DNA of 51,046 nucleotides from contig JAUCBJ010005666.1 in NCBI GenBank assembly GCA_032718475.1, forward strand, positions 1 through 51,046. The letters run 5' to 3'. Positions 13,401 to 26,100 of the stretch are shown one piece after another (the first letter of the stretch is position 1; the number at the start of each line of letters is the position of its first letter). The notes beneath the pieces are model-generated. The model did not search any database. It was not told the DNA's origin and saw nothing but the letters and a program-made list of their open reading frames with translations. The position numbers and the translations under genes were made by a program. The DNA comes from Nemertoderma westbladi. Taxonomy: Eukaryota; Animalia; Xenacoelomorpha.

Positions 13401-16400
13401 ACTTCCTGTACATGGTGAAGGGCTTCCGGTATTTGGTGAAGGACTTCCTGTACATTGTGAAGGGCTCCCGGTATTTGGTGAAGGATTTCCGGTACATTGT
13501 GAAGGGCTCCCGGTATTTGGTGATGGACTTCCTGTACATGGTGAAGGGCTCCCGCTATTTGGTGAAGGACTTCCTGTACATGGTGAAGGGCTCCCGGTAT
13601 TTGGTGAAGGACTTCCTGTACATGGTGAAGGGCTCCCGGTATTTGGTGAAGGACTTCCTTTACATGGTGAAGGGCTCCCGGTATTTGGTGAAGGACTTCC
13701 TGTACATGGTGAAGGGCTCCCGGTATTTTGTGAAGGACTTCCTGTACATGGTGAAGGGCTCCCGGTATTTGGTGAAGGACTTCCTGTACATGGTGAAGGG
13801 CTCCCGGTATTTGGTGAAGGACTTCCTGTACATGGTGAAGGGCTCCCGGTATTTGGTGAAGGGCTTCCTGTACATGGTGAAGGGCTGCCGGTCGGTGCAT
13901 GGTGAAGGACTTCCTGTACATGGTGAAGGGCTCCCGCTATTTGGTGAAGGACTTCCTGTACATGGTGAAGGGCTCCCGGTATTTGGTGAAGGACTTCCTG
14001 TACATGGTGAAGGGCTCCCGGTATTTGGTGAAGGACTTCCTGTACATGGTGAAGGGCTCCCGGTATTTGGTGAAGGACTTCCTGTACATGGTGAAGGGCT
14101 CCCGGTATTTGGTGAAGGACTTCCTGTACATGGTGAAGGGCTCCCGCTATTTGGTGAAGGACTTCCTGTACATGGTGAAGGGCTCCCGGTATTTGGTGAA
14201 GGACTTCCTGTACATGGTGAAAAACTTCCTGTACATGGTGAAGGGCTCCCGGTATTTGGTGAAGGACTTCCAGTACATGGTGAAGGGCTCCCGGTATTTG
14301 GTGAAGGATTTCCTGTACATGGTGAAGGGCTCCCGGTATTTGGTGAAGGACTTCCTGTACATTGTGAAGGGCTTCCGGTATTTGGTGAAGGATTTCCTGT
14401 ACATTGTGAAGGGCTTCCGGTATTTGGTGAAGGATTTCCTGTACATTGTGAAGGGCTTCCGGTATTTGGTGATGGACTTCCTGTACATAGTGAAGGGCTC
14501 CCGGTATTTGGTGAAGGACTTCCTGTACATGGTGAACGGCTCCCGGTATTTGGTGAAGGATTTCCTGTACATGGTGAAGGGCTTCCGGTATTTGGTGAAG
14601 GATTTCCTGTACATGGTGAAGGGCTCCCGGTATTTGGTGAAGGACTTCCTGTACATGGTGAACGGCTCCCGGTATTTGGTGAAGGACTTCCTGTACACTG
14701 TGAAGGGCTCCCGGTATTTGGTGAAGGATTTCCTGTACATGGTGAAGGGCTTCCGGTATTTGGTGAAGGACTTCCTGTACATTGTGAAGGGCTTCCGGTA
14801 TTTGGTGAAGGACTTCCTGTACATGGTGAAGGGCTCCCGGTACATGATGAAGGACTTCCGGTACATTGTGAAGGGTTCCCGGTATTTGGTGAAGGACTTC
14901 CGATACATGGTGAAGGGCTTCCGGTATTTGGTGAAGGACTTCTTGTACATTGTGAAGGGTTCCCGGTATTTGGTGAAGGACTTCCGGTACATTGTGAAGG
15001 GCTTCCGGTATTTGGTGAAGGGTTCCCGGTATTTGATGAAGGACTTCTTGTGCATGGTGAACGGCTCCCGCTATTTGGTGAAGGACTTCCTGTACATGGT
15101 AAAGGGCTCCCGGTACATGATGAAGGACTTCCGGTACATTGTGAAGGGTTCCCGGTATTTGGTGAAGGACTTCCGGTACATTGTGAAGGGCTTCCGGTAT
15201 TTGGTGAAGGGCTCCCGGTATTTGATGAAGGACTTCTTGTACATGGTGAACGGCTCCCGCTATTTGGTGAAGGACTTCCTGTACATGGTGAAGGGCTTCC
15301 GGTATTTGGTGAAGGGCTCCCGGTATTTGGTGAAGGGCTCCCGGTATTTGGTGAAGAGCTTCCGGTTTTGGTGAAGGACTTCTTGTACATGGTGAACGGC
15401 TCCCGCTATTTGGTGAAGGACTTCCTGTACACGGTGAAGGGCTTCCGGTATTTGGTGAAGGGCTCCCGGTATTTCGTGAAGAGCTTCCGGTATTTGGTGA
15501 AGGATTTCTTGTACATGGTGAACGGTTCCCGCTATTTGGTGAAGGACTTCCGGTACATGGTGAAGGGTTCCTGGTATTTGGTGAAGGACTTCCGGTACAT
15601 TGTGAAGGGCTTCCGGTATTTGGTGAAGAGCTCCCGGTATTTGATGAAGGACTTCTTGTACATGGTGAACGGCTCCCGCTATTTGGTGAAGGACTTCCTG
15701 TACACTGTGAAGGGCTCCCGCTATTTGGTGAAGGACTTCCGGTACATTGTGAAGGGTTCCCGGTATTTGGTGAAGGACTTCCGGTACATTGTGAAGGGCT
15801 TCCGGTATTTGGTGAAGGGCTCCCGGTATTTGGTGAAGGACTTCTTGTACATTGTGAAGGGCTCCCGGTATTTGGTGAAGGGCTCCCGGTATTTGGTGAA
15901 GAGCTTCCGGTATTTGGTGAAGGACTTCCTGTACATTGTGAAGGGCTCCCGGTATTTGGTGAAGGGCTCCCGGTATTTGGTGAAGAGCTCCCGCTATTTA
16001 GTGAAGGACTTCCTGTACATGGTGAAGGGCTCCCGGTATTTGGTGAAGGACTTCCTGTACATGGTGAAAAACTTCCTGTACATGGTGAAGGGCTCCCGGT
16101 ATTTGGTGAAGGACTTCCAGTACATGGTGAAGGGCTCCCGGTATTTGGTGAAGGATTTCCTGTACATGGTGAAGGGCTCCCGGTATTTGGTGAAGGACTT
16201 CCTGTACATTGTGAAGGGCTTCCGGTATTTGGTGAAGGATTTCCTGTACATTGTGAAGGGCTTCCGGTATTTGGTGAAGGATTTCCTGTACATTGTGAAG
16301 GGCTTCCGGTATTTGGTGATGGACTTCCTGTACATAGTGAAGGGCTCCCGGTATTTGGTGAAGGACTTCCTGTACATGGTGAACGGATCCCGGTATTTGG

Positions 16401-19400
16401 TGAAGGATTTCCTGTACATGGTGAAGGGCTTCCGGTATTTGGTGAAGGATTTCCTGTACATGGTGAAGGGCTCCCGGTATTTGGTGAAGGACTTCCTGTA
16501 CATGGTGAACGGCTCCCGGTATTTGGTGAAGGACTTCCTGTACACTGTGAAGGGCTCCCGGTATTTGGTGAAGGATTTCCTGTACATGGTGAAGGGCTTC
16601 CGGTATTTGGTGAAGGACTTCCTGTACATTGTGAAGGGCTTCCGGTATTTGGTGAAGGACTTCCTGTACATGGTGAAGGGCTCCCGGTACATGATGAAGG
16701 ACTTCCGGTACATTGTGAAGGGTTCCCGGTATTTGGTGAAGGACTTCCGATACATGGTGAAGGGCTCCCGGTATTTGGTGAAGGACCTCCTGTACATGGT
16801 GAAGGGCTCCCGGTATTTGGTGAAGGACTTCCTGTACATGGTGAAGGGCTCCCGGTATTTGGTGAAGGGCTTCCTGTACATGGTGAAGGGCTGCCGGTCG
16901 GTGCATGGTGAAGGACTTCCTGTACATGGTGAAGGGCTCCCGCTATTTGGTGAAGGACTTCCTGTACATGGTGAAGGGCTCCCGGTATTTGGTGAAGGAC
17001 TTCCTGTACATGGTGAAGGGCTCCCGGTATTTGGTGAAGGACTTCCTGTACATGGTGAAGGGCTCCCGGTATTTGGTGAAGGACTTCCTGTACATGGTGA
17101 AGGGCTCCCGGTATTTGGTGAAGGACTTCCTGTACATGGTGAAGGGCTCCCGCTATTTGGTGAAGGACTTCCTGTACATGGTGAAGGGCTCCCGGTATTT
17201 GGTGAAGGACTTCCTGTACATGGTGAAAAACTTCCTGTACATGGTGAAGGGCTCCCGGTATTTGGTGAAGGACTTCCAGTACATGGTGAAGGGCTCCCGG
17301 TATTTGGTGAAGGATTTCCTGTACATGGTGAAGGGCTCCCGGTATTTGGTGAAGGACTTCCTGTACATTGTGAAGCGCTTCCGGTATTTGGTGAAGGATT
17401 TCCTGTACATTGTGAAGGGCTTCCGGTATTTGGTGAAGGATTTCCTGTACATTGTGAAGGGCTTCCGGTATTTGGTGATGGACTTCCTGTACATAGTGAA
17501 GGGCTCCCGGTATTTGGTGAAGGACTTCCTGTACATGGTGAACGGCTCCCGGTATTTGGTGAAGGATTTCCTGTACATGGTGAAGGGCTTCCGGTATTTG
17601 GTGAAGGATTTCCTGTACATGGTGAAGGGCTCCCGGTATTTGGTGAAGGACTTCCTGTACATGGTGAACGGCTCCCGGTATTTGGTGAAGGACTTCCTGT
17701 ACACTGTGAAGGGCTCCCGGTATTTGGTGAAGGATTTCCTGTACATGGTGAAGGGCTTCCTGTATTTGGTGAAGGACTTCCTGTACATTGTGACTGGCTT
17801 CCGGTATTTGGTGAAGGACTTCCTGTACATGGTGAAGGGCTCCCGGTACATGATGAAGGACTTCCGGTACATTGTGAAGGGTTCCCGGTATTTGGTGAAG
17901 GACTTCCGATACATGGTGAAGGGCTTCCGGTATTTGGTGAAGGACTTCTTGTACATTGTGAAGGGTTCCCGGTATTTGGTGAAGGACTTCCGGTACATTG
18001 TGAAGGGCTTCCGGTATTTGGTGAAGGGTTCCCGGTATTTGATGAAGGACTTCTTGTGCATGGTGAACGGCTCCCGCTATTTGGTGAAGGACTTCCTGTA
18101 CATGGTAAAGGGCTCCCGGTACATGATGAAGGACTTCCGGTACATTGTGAAGGGTTCCCGGTATTTGGTGAAGGACTTCCGGTACATTGTGAAGGGCTTC
18201 CGGTATTTGGTGAAGGGCTCCCGGTATTTGATGAAGGACTTCTTGTACATGGTGAACGGCTCCCGCTATTTGGTGAAGGACTTCCTGTACATGGTGAAGG
18301 GCTTCCGGTATTTGGTGAAGGGCTCCCGGTATTTGGTGAAGGGCTCCCGGTATTTGGTGAAGAGCTTCCGGTTTTGGTGAAGGACTTCTTGTACATGGTG
18401 AACGGCTCCCGCTATTTGGTGAAGGACTTCCTGTACATGGTGAAGGGCTTCCGGTATTTGGTGAAGGGCTCCCGGTATTTGGTGAAGAGCTTCCGGTATT
18501 TGGTGAAGGACTTCTTGTACATGGTGAAGGGCTCCCGGTATTTGGTGAAGGACTTCCTGTACATGGTGAAAAACTTCCTGTACATGGTGAAGGGCTCCCG
18601 GTATTTGGTGAAGGACTTCCAGTACATGGTGAAGGGCTCCCGGTATTTGGTGAAGGATTTCCTGTACATGGTGAAGGGCTCCCGGTATTTGGTGAAGGAC
18701 TTCCTGTACATTGTGAAGGGCTTCCGGTATTTGGTGAAGGATTTCCTGTACATTGTGAAGGGCTTCCGGTATTTGGTGAAGGATTTCCTGTACATTGTGA
18801 AGGGCTTCCGGTATTTGGTGATGGACTTCCTGTACATAGTGAAGGGCTCCCGGTATTTGGTGAAGGACTTCCTGTACATGGTGAACGGCTCCCGGTATTT
18901 GGTGAAGGATTTCCTGTACATGGTGAAGGGCTTCCGGTATTTGGTGAAGGATTTCCTGTACATGGTGAAGGGCTCCCGGTATTTGGTGAAGGACTTCCTG
19001 TACATGGTGAACGGCTCCCGGTATTTGGTGAAGGACTTCCTGTACACTGTGAAGGGCTCCCGGTATTTGGTGAAGGATTTCCTGTACATGGTGAAGGGCT
19101 TCCGGTATTTGGTGAAGGACTTCCTGTACATTGTGAAGGGCTTCCGGTATTTGGTGAAGGACTTCCTGTACATGGTGAAGGGCTCCCGGTACATGATGAA
19201 GGACTTCCGGTACATTGTGAAGGGTTCCCGGTATTTGGTGAAGGACTTCCGATACATGGTGAAGGGCTTCCGGTATTTGGTGAAGGACTTCTTGTACATT
19301 GTGAAGGGTTCCCGGTATTTGGTGAAGGACTTCCGGTACATTGTGAAGGGCTTCCGGTATTTGGTGAAGGGTTCCCGGTATTTGATGAAGGACTTCTTGT

Positions 19401-21614
19401 GCATGGTGAACGGCTCCCGCTATTTGGTGAAGGACTTCCTGTACATGGTAAAGGGCTCCCGGTACATGATGAAGGACTTCCGGTACATTGTGAAGGGTTC
19501 CCGGTATTTGGTGAAGGACTTCCGGTACATTGTGAAGGGCTTCCGGTATTTGGTGAAGGGCTCCCGGTATTTGATGAAGGACTTCTTGTACATGGTGAAC
19601 GGCTCCCGCTATTTGGTGAAGGACTTCCTGTACATGGTGAAGGGCTTCCGGTATTTGGTGAAGGGCTCCCGGTATTTGGTGAAGGGCTCCCGGTATTTGG
19701 TGAAGAGCTTCCGGTTTTGGTGAAGGACTTCTTGTACATGGTGAACGGCTCCCGCTATTTGGTGAAGGACTTCCTGTACACGGTGAAGGGCTTCCGGTAT
19801 TTGGTGAAGGGCTCCCGGTATTTCGTGAAGAGCTTCCGGTATTTGGTGAAGGATTTCTTGTACATGGTGAACGGTTCCCGCTATTTGGTGAAGGACTTCC
19901 GGTACATGGTGAAGGGTTCCTGGTATTTGGTGAAGGACTTCCGGTACATTGTGAAGGGCTTCCGGTATTTGGTGAAGAGCTCCCGGTATTTGATGAAGGA
20001 CTTCTTGTACATGGTGAACGGCTCCCGCTATTTGGTGAAGGACTTCCTGTACACTGTGAAGGGCTCCCGCTATTTGGTGAAGGACTTCCGGTACATTGTG
20101 AAGGGTTCCCGGTATTTGGTGAAGGACTTCCGGTACATTGTGAAGGGCTTCCGGTATTTGGTGAAGGGCTCCCGGTATTTGGTGAAGGACTTCTTGTACA
20201 TTGTGAAGGGCTCCCGGTATTTGGTGAAGGGCTCCCGGTATTTGGTGAAGAGCTTCCGGTATTTGGTGAAGGACTTCCTGTACATTGTGAAGGGCTCCCG
20301 GTATTTGGTGAAGGGCTCCCGGTATTTGGTGAAGAGCTCCCGCTATTTGGTGAAGGACTTCCTGTACATGGTGAAGGGCTCCCGGTATTTGGTGAAGGAC
20401 TTCCTGTACATGGTGAAAAACTTCCTGTACATGGTGAAGGGCTCCCGGTATTTGGTGAAGGACTTCCAGTACATGGTGAAGGGCTCCCGGTATTTGGTGA
20501 AGGATTTCCTGTACATGGTGAAGGGCTCCCGGTATTTGGTGAAGGACTTCCTGTACATTGTGAAGGGCTTCCGGTATTTGGTGAAGGATTTCCTGTACAT
20601 TGTGAAGGGCTTCCGGTATTTGGTGAAGGATTTCCTGTACATTGTGAAGGGCTTCCGGTATTTGGTGATGGACTTCCTGTACATAGTGAAGGGCTCCCGG
20701 TATTTGGTGAAGGACTTCCTGTACATGGTGAACGGCTCCCGGTATTTGGTGAAGGATTTCCTGTACATGGTGAAGGGCTTCCGGTATTTGTTGAAGGATT
20801 TCCTGTACATGGTGAAGGGCTCCCGGTATTTGGTGAAGGACTTCTTGTACATGGTGAACGGCTCCCGCTATTTGGTGAAGGACTTCCTGTACACTGTGAA
20901 GGGCTCCCGCTATTTGGTGAAGGACTTCCGGTACATTGTGAAGGGTTCCCGGTATTTGGTGAAGGACTTCCGTTACATTGTGAAGGGCTTCCGGTATTTG
21001 GTGAAGGGCTCCCGGTATTTGGTGAAGGACTTCTTGTACATTGTGAAGGGCTCCCTGTATTTGGTGAAGGGCTCCCGGTATTTGGTGAAGAGCTTCCGGT
21101 ATTTGGTGAAGGACTTCCTGTACATTGTGAAGGGCTCCCGGTATTTGGTGAAGGGCTCCCGGTATTTGGTGAAGAGCTTCCGGTATTTGGTGAAGGACTT
21201 CTTGTACATGGTGAACGGCTCCCGCTATTTGGTGAAGGACTTCCGGTACATGGTGAAGGGCTTCCGGTATTTGGTGAAGGCTTCCGGAACATGGTGGAGG
21301 GTTCCCGGTATTTGGTGAAGGACTTCCGGTACATTGTGAAGGGCTTCCGGTATTTGGTGAAGGACTTCCTGTACATGGTGAAGGGCTCCCGGTATTTGGT
21401 GAAGGACTTCCGGTACATTGTGAAGGGCTCCCGGTATTTGGTGAAGGACTTCCTGTACATGGTGAAGGGCTTCCGGTATTTGGTGAAGGCTTCCGGAACA
21501 TGGTGGAGGGTTCCCGGTATTTGGTGAAGGACTTCCGGTACATTGTGAAGGGCTTCCGGTATTTGGTGAAGGACTTCCGGTACATGGTGAAGGGTTCCTG
21601 GTACTTTTGTGAAG
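1426..21614. repeat. ~20.2-kb tandem array, about 960 21-bp monomers arranged as a 42-bp dimer, with higher-order repeats
   Basis: Alternating GGTGAAGGACTTCCTGTACAT and GGTGAAGGGCTCCCGGTATTT. Identical ORF blocks recur at offsets of 5021, 907, 3006, 4349 and 209 bp. Confidence 0.98.
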
Positions 21615-22044
21615 ACCGTCCAGTACACCCATCCCCCCACCCCTACACCACCCCCTGGTTCTCGTCTCGATTATATGAATAACAAGTGTCGTTTGTTTGT
21701 TTTTTTGTTTCCGTGACGGCATCCCCCTTGTGTTCACAGCATCCATGTCTTCTTGTAGCCAATAGGGTTGTCAACCATTTAACACACCTCTCAACTCATC
21801 CACTCACTCCCTTTCCCCCTCTCTACTACACTACTACACAACCTAATTTATTACAAATTAAATATATGTTAGACAATGCCAGAAATAATTACGGATTCCC
21901 AGCCCATCACACCAACGTAACTGGTTGGTAGGTTTTGGCATCCTGTGTTCCTCTATCACGCCATAATCACACTGGTTCATCTGGGGCTCCTCTTTGGTTG
22001 GTCGACGGCAGGCAAATGGAAAGTGACCGTCAGTTGTTGGAGTT

Positions 22045-22262
22045 GGGGAGGGAGGGAGGGGGGATCATGAGTTGGGAATGATACTGGCGGGATGTTATAA
22101 TATAAAGCCAGATAATTCTGCACTGGATTCGGTTCCTACTGGTTTTGTTCACGTGCACTTCTTCAGTTGTTTAGGTTGTTCGATCCCTATATTTACCCAT
22201 CTAGGTATTCCGGTACCGGTATAGGTTTCCATAACGCCACAATTTCTTTTCTAATTACTTAA
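22045..22262 (+). promoter_or_regulatory. Putative SLC34 promoter / 5' leader
   Basis: G-run tract at 22045-22063, TATAAA at 22101-22106 and CACGTG at 22150-22155, all within 270 bp upstream of the predicted ATG at 22309. Confidence 0.5.
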
Positions 22263-22308
22263 ATTACCAGTATTTTATATTGTACCAACTTCAACAAGTT
22301 GTCCGGAA

Positions 22309-22371
22309 ATGGTTGTTAAAAATAACAGCAATGGTGACGTAACAGATCAAGTTATGGTCCTCTCTTTTAAG
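22309..22371 (+). CDS. SLC34A: SLC34 Na/Pi cotransporter, coding exon 1 (MVVKNNSNGDVTDQVMVLSFK)
   Basis: ATG in GAAATGG context and a strong AAG|GTAAG donor; phase 0 matches exon 2. The sequence itself is not conserved, so it is less certain. Confidence 0.7.
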
Positions 22372-22996
22372 GTAAGAAATTTCGTTGATTTGAGCTTAGA
22401 GAAGTAATGTAGTATTTACAGCTCTGGCTGGGTATTTTGATTTATTATTTATCAATCCATATTAGTTATTATATACCGGTATATATATATAATTTTCCAT
22501 CAGCCACTCGTTTCTTAATGTTAAGATGTGGAATAATACTGCTGTACAGTACATACCAAATACGGATTGTGCAGTAGTTCTTATCTACGTGATGTATTTG
22601 CACTCACCCACTACTTTTATTTAAGTGTTAAACCACTCGGTTCAACACACTGAACAAAAGAACTACGGGGTACAGAAAAGTTTAGTGATACAAAACTATA
22701 GTTAAAGAAAAGTATATTGAAACACTAAACAACGGAGACATCCCTAGAGCTATTCTCTCTTGGCTGTTACCTGTAAGGGACGCAACACACTAACTCCCAA
22801 TATTAAATTCTCTCACTATCGAACCCTTTTCTTTACTACTCTCCCCGCATTTCAGGTTCAAATTACTGCTGAGTGGGCCAATTATATATTTCTTGGAGTA
22901 ACGTTGCTTAACGAAAAGGGGCTGTTCCCGGTTTCAAGGGCTTGAACCCAAACCCACGACATTCTGTTGTATTAGATAATAGCGTTATTTTTGTAG

Positions 22997-23147
22997 GGCC
23001 TACCTAGTTATACTGACGTTGAGTTGAGTAGTGATGAGAAGGTGAATAATGGTCTATCGAACGGTCAATCTTTCTCTGCCCCTGCAGATGACGTTGTTGA
23101 CCCATGGGCATTACCTGAACTCAAAGATAGCGGTTATAAATGGTCAG
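22997..23147 (+). CDS. SLC34A: SLC34 coding exon 2 (GLPSY...DPWALPELKDSGYKWS)
   Basis: TTTTTGTAG acceptor and CAG|GTTAGT donor, phase 1. DPWxLPxLxDSGxKWSE is the conserved N-terminal motif of NaPi-IIb-type proteins. Confidence 0.92.
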
Positions 23148-26100
23148 GTTAGTGTGTGGTAGTTATAGTATGGGTTACAGAGGGTCAGGTTATTGTGTGG
23201 ATGTGACATTATGGGTTAGAGAGGGTCAGGTTAATGTGTGGATGTGAGAGTATGGGTTACAGAGGGTTGGGTTAATGTGTGGTTGTGACAGTATGGGTTA
23301 CAGAGGGTCAGGTTAATGTGTGGATGTGAGAGTATGGGTTACAGAGGGTCAGGTTAATGTGTGGATGTGACAGTATGGGTTACAGAGGGTCAGGTTAATG
23401 TGTGGATGTGACAGTATGGGTTACAGAGGGTTGGGTTAATGTGTGGTTGTGACAGTATGGGCTACAGAGGGTCAGGTTAATGTGTGGATGCGACAGTATG
23501 GGTTACAGAGGGTCAGGTTAATGTGTGGATGTGAGAGTATGGGTTACAGAGGGTCAGGTTAATGTGTGGATGTGACAGTATGGGTTACAGAGGGTCAGGT
23601 TAATGTGTGGATGTGACAGTATGGGTTACAGAGGGTCAGGTTAATGTGTGGATGTGACAGTATGGGTTACAGAGGGTTGGGTTAATGTGTGGTTGTGACA
23701 GTATGGGTTACAGACGGTCAGGTTAGTGTGTGGTGGAGACAGTATGGGTTACAGACGGTTAGATTAGTGTGTGGTGGAAACAGTATGGGTTACAGACGGT
23801 CAGGTTAATGTGTGGTGGTGACAGTATGGGTTACAGACGGTCAGGTTAGTGTGTGGTGGAGACAGTATGGGTTACAGACGGTTAGATTAGTGTGTGGTGG
23901 AAACAGTATGGGTTACAGACGGTCAGGTTAATGTGTGGTGGTGACAGTATGGGTTACAGACGGTCAGGTTAGTGTGTGGTGGAGACAGTATGGGTTACAG
24001 ACGGTTAGGTTAGTGTGTGGTGGTGACAGTATGGGTTACAGACGGTCAGGTTAGTGTGTGGTGGAGACAGTATGGGTTACAGACGGTTAGATTAGTGTGT
24101 GGTGGAAACAGTATGGGTTACAGACGGTCAGGTTAATGTATGGTGGAGACAGTATGGGTTACAGACGGTCAGGTTAATGTGTGATGGTGACGGTATGGGT
24201 TACAGACGGTCAGGTTAGTGTGTGGTGGAGACAGTATGGGTTACAGACGGTCAGGTTAGTGTGTGGTGGAAACAGTATGGGTTACAGACGGTCAGGTTAA
24301 TGTATGGTGGAGACAGTATGGGTTACAGACGGTCAGGTTAATGTGTGATGGTGACGGTATGGGTTACAGACGGTCAGGTTAGTGTGTGGTGGAGACAGTA
24401 TGGGTTACAGACGGTCAGGTTAGTGTGTCGTGGAGACAGTATGGGTTACAGACGGTCAGGTTAATGTATGGTGGGGACAGTATGGGTTACAGACGGTCAG
24501 GTTAGTGTTTGGTGGGGACAGTATGGGTTACAGACTGTCAGGTTAGTGTGTGGTGGAGACAGTATGGGTTACAGACGGTCAGGTTAGTGTGTGGTGGAAA
24601 CAGTTTGGGTTACAGCCAGTATGGGTTACAGACGGTCAGGTTAATGTATGGTGGGGACAGTGTGGGTTACAGACGGTCAGGTTAGTGTGTGGTGGAGACA
24701 GTATGGGTTACAGACGGTCAGGTTAGTGTGTGGTGGAAACAGTTTGGGTTACAGCCAGTATGGGTTACAGACGGTCAGGTTAATGTATGGTGGGGACAGT
24801 ATGGGTTACAGACGGTCAGGTTAGTGTGTGGTGGAGACAGTATGGGTTACAGACGGTCAGGTTAGTGTGTGGTGGAAACAGTTTGGGTTACAGCCAGTAT
24901 GGGTTACAGACGGTCAGGTTAATGTATGGTGGGGACAGTATGGGTTACAGACGGTCAGGTTAGTGTGTGGTGGAGACAGTATGGGTTACAGACGGTCAGG
25001 TTAGTGTGTGGTGGAGACAGTATGGGTTACAGACGGTCAGGTTAGTGTGTGGTGGAGACAGTATGGGTTACAAACGGTCAGGTTAATGTATGGTGGGGAC
25101 AGTATGGGTTACAGACGGTCAGGTTAGTGTGTGGTGGAGACAGTATGGGTTACAGACGGTCAGGTTAGTGTGTGGTGGAAACAGTTTGGGTTACAGCCAG
25201 TATGGGTTACAGACGGTCAGGTTAATGTATGGTGGGGACAGTATGGGTTACAGACGGTCAGGTTAGTGTGTGGTGGAGACAGTATGGGTTACAGACGGTC
25301 AGGTTAGTGTGTGGTGGAAACAGTTTGGGTTACAGCCAGTATGGGTTACAGACGGTCAGGTTAATGTATGGTGGGGACAGTATGGGTTACAGACGGTCAG
25401 GTTAGTGTGTGGTGGAGACAGTATGGGTTACAGACGGTCAGGTTAGTGTGTGGTGGAGACAGTATGGGTTACAGACGGTCAGGTTAGTGTGTGGTGGAGA
25501 CAGTATGGGTTACAGACAGTCAGGTTAGTGTGTGGTGGAGACAGTATGGGTTACAGACGGTCAGGTTAGTGTGTGGTGGAGACAGTATGGGTTAAAGACG
25601 GTCAGGTTAGTGTGTGGTGGAGACACTATGGGTTACAGACGATCAGGTTAGTGTGTGGTGGTGACAGTATGGGTTACAGGCGGTCAGGTTTTTGTTTGGT
25701 GGTGACAGTATGGGTTTTACAGACGGTCAGGTTAGTGTGTGGTGGAGACAGTATGGGTTACAGACGGTCAGGTTAGTGTGTGGTGGAGACAGTATGGGTT
25801 ACAGACGGTCAGGTTAGTGTGTGGTGGTGACAGTGGGTTACAGACGGTCAGGGTTAGTGTGTGGTGGTGACAGTGGGTTACTGACGGTCAGGTTTGTGTG
25901 TGGTGGAGACAGTATGGGTTACAGACGGTCAGGTTAGTGTGTGGTGGAGACAGTATGGGTTACAGACGGTCAGGTTAGTGTGTGGTGGTGACAGTGGGTT
26001 ACAGACGGTCAGGGTTAGTGTGTGGTGGTGACAGTGGGTTACAGACGGTCAGGTTAGTGTGTGGTGGAGACAGTGGGTTACAGACGGTTAGGTTAGTGTG

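Noticed and set aside
1745-19739. The 1000-2300 aa ORFs as annotated protein-coding genes
   Set aside because: They overlap in five frames, switch peptide type at indels, and lack a unique leader or splice support. They follow automatically from a stop-free 21-bp unit, so they are kept only as a hypothesis.
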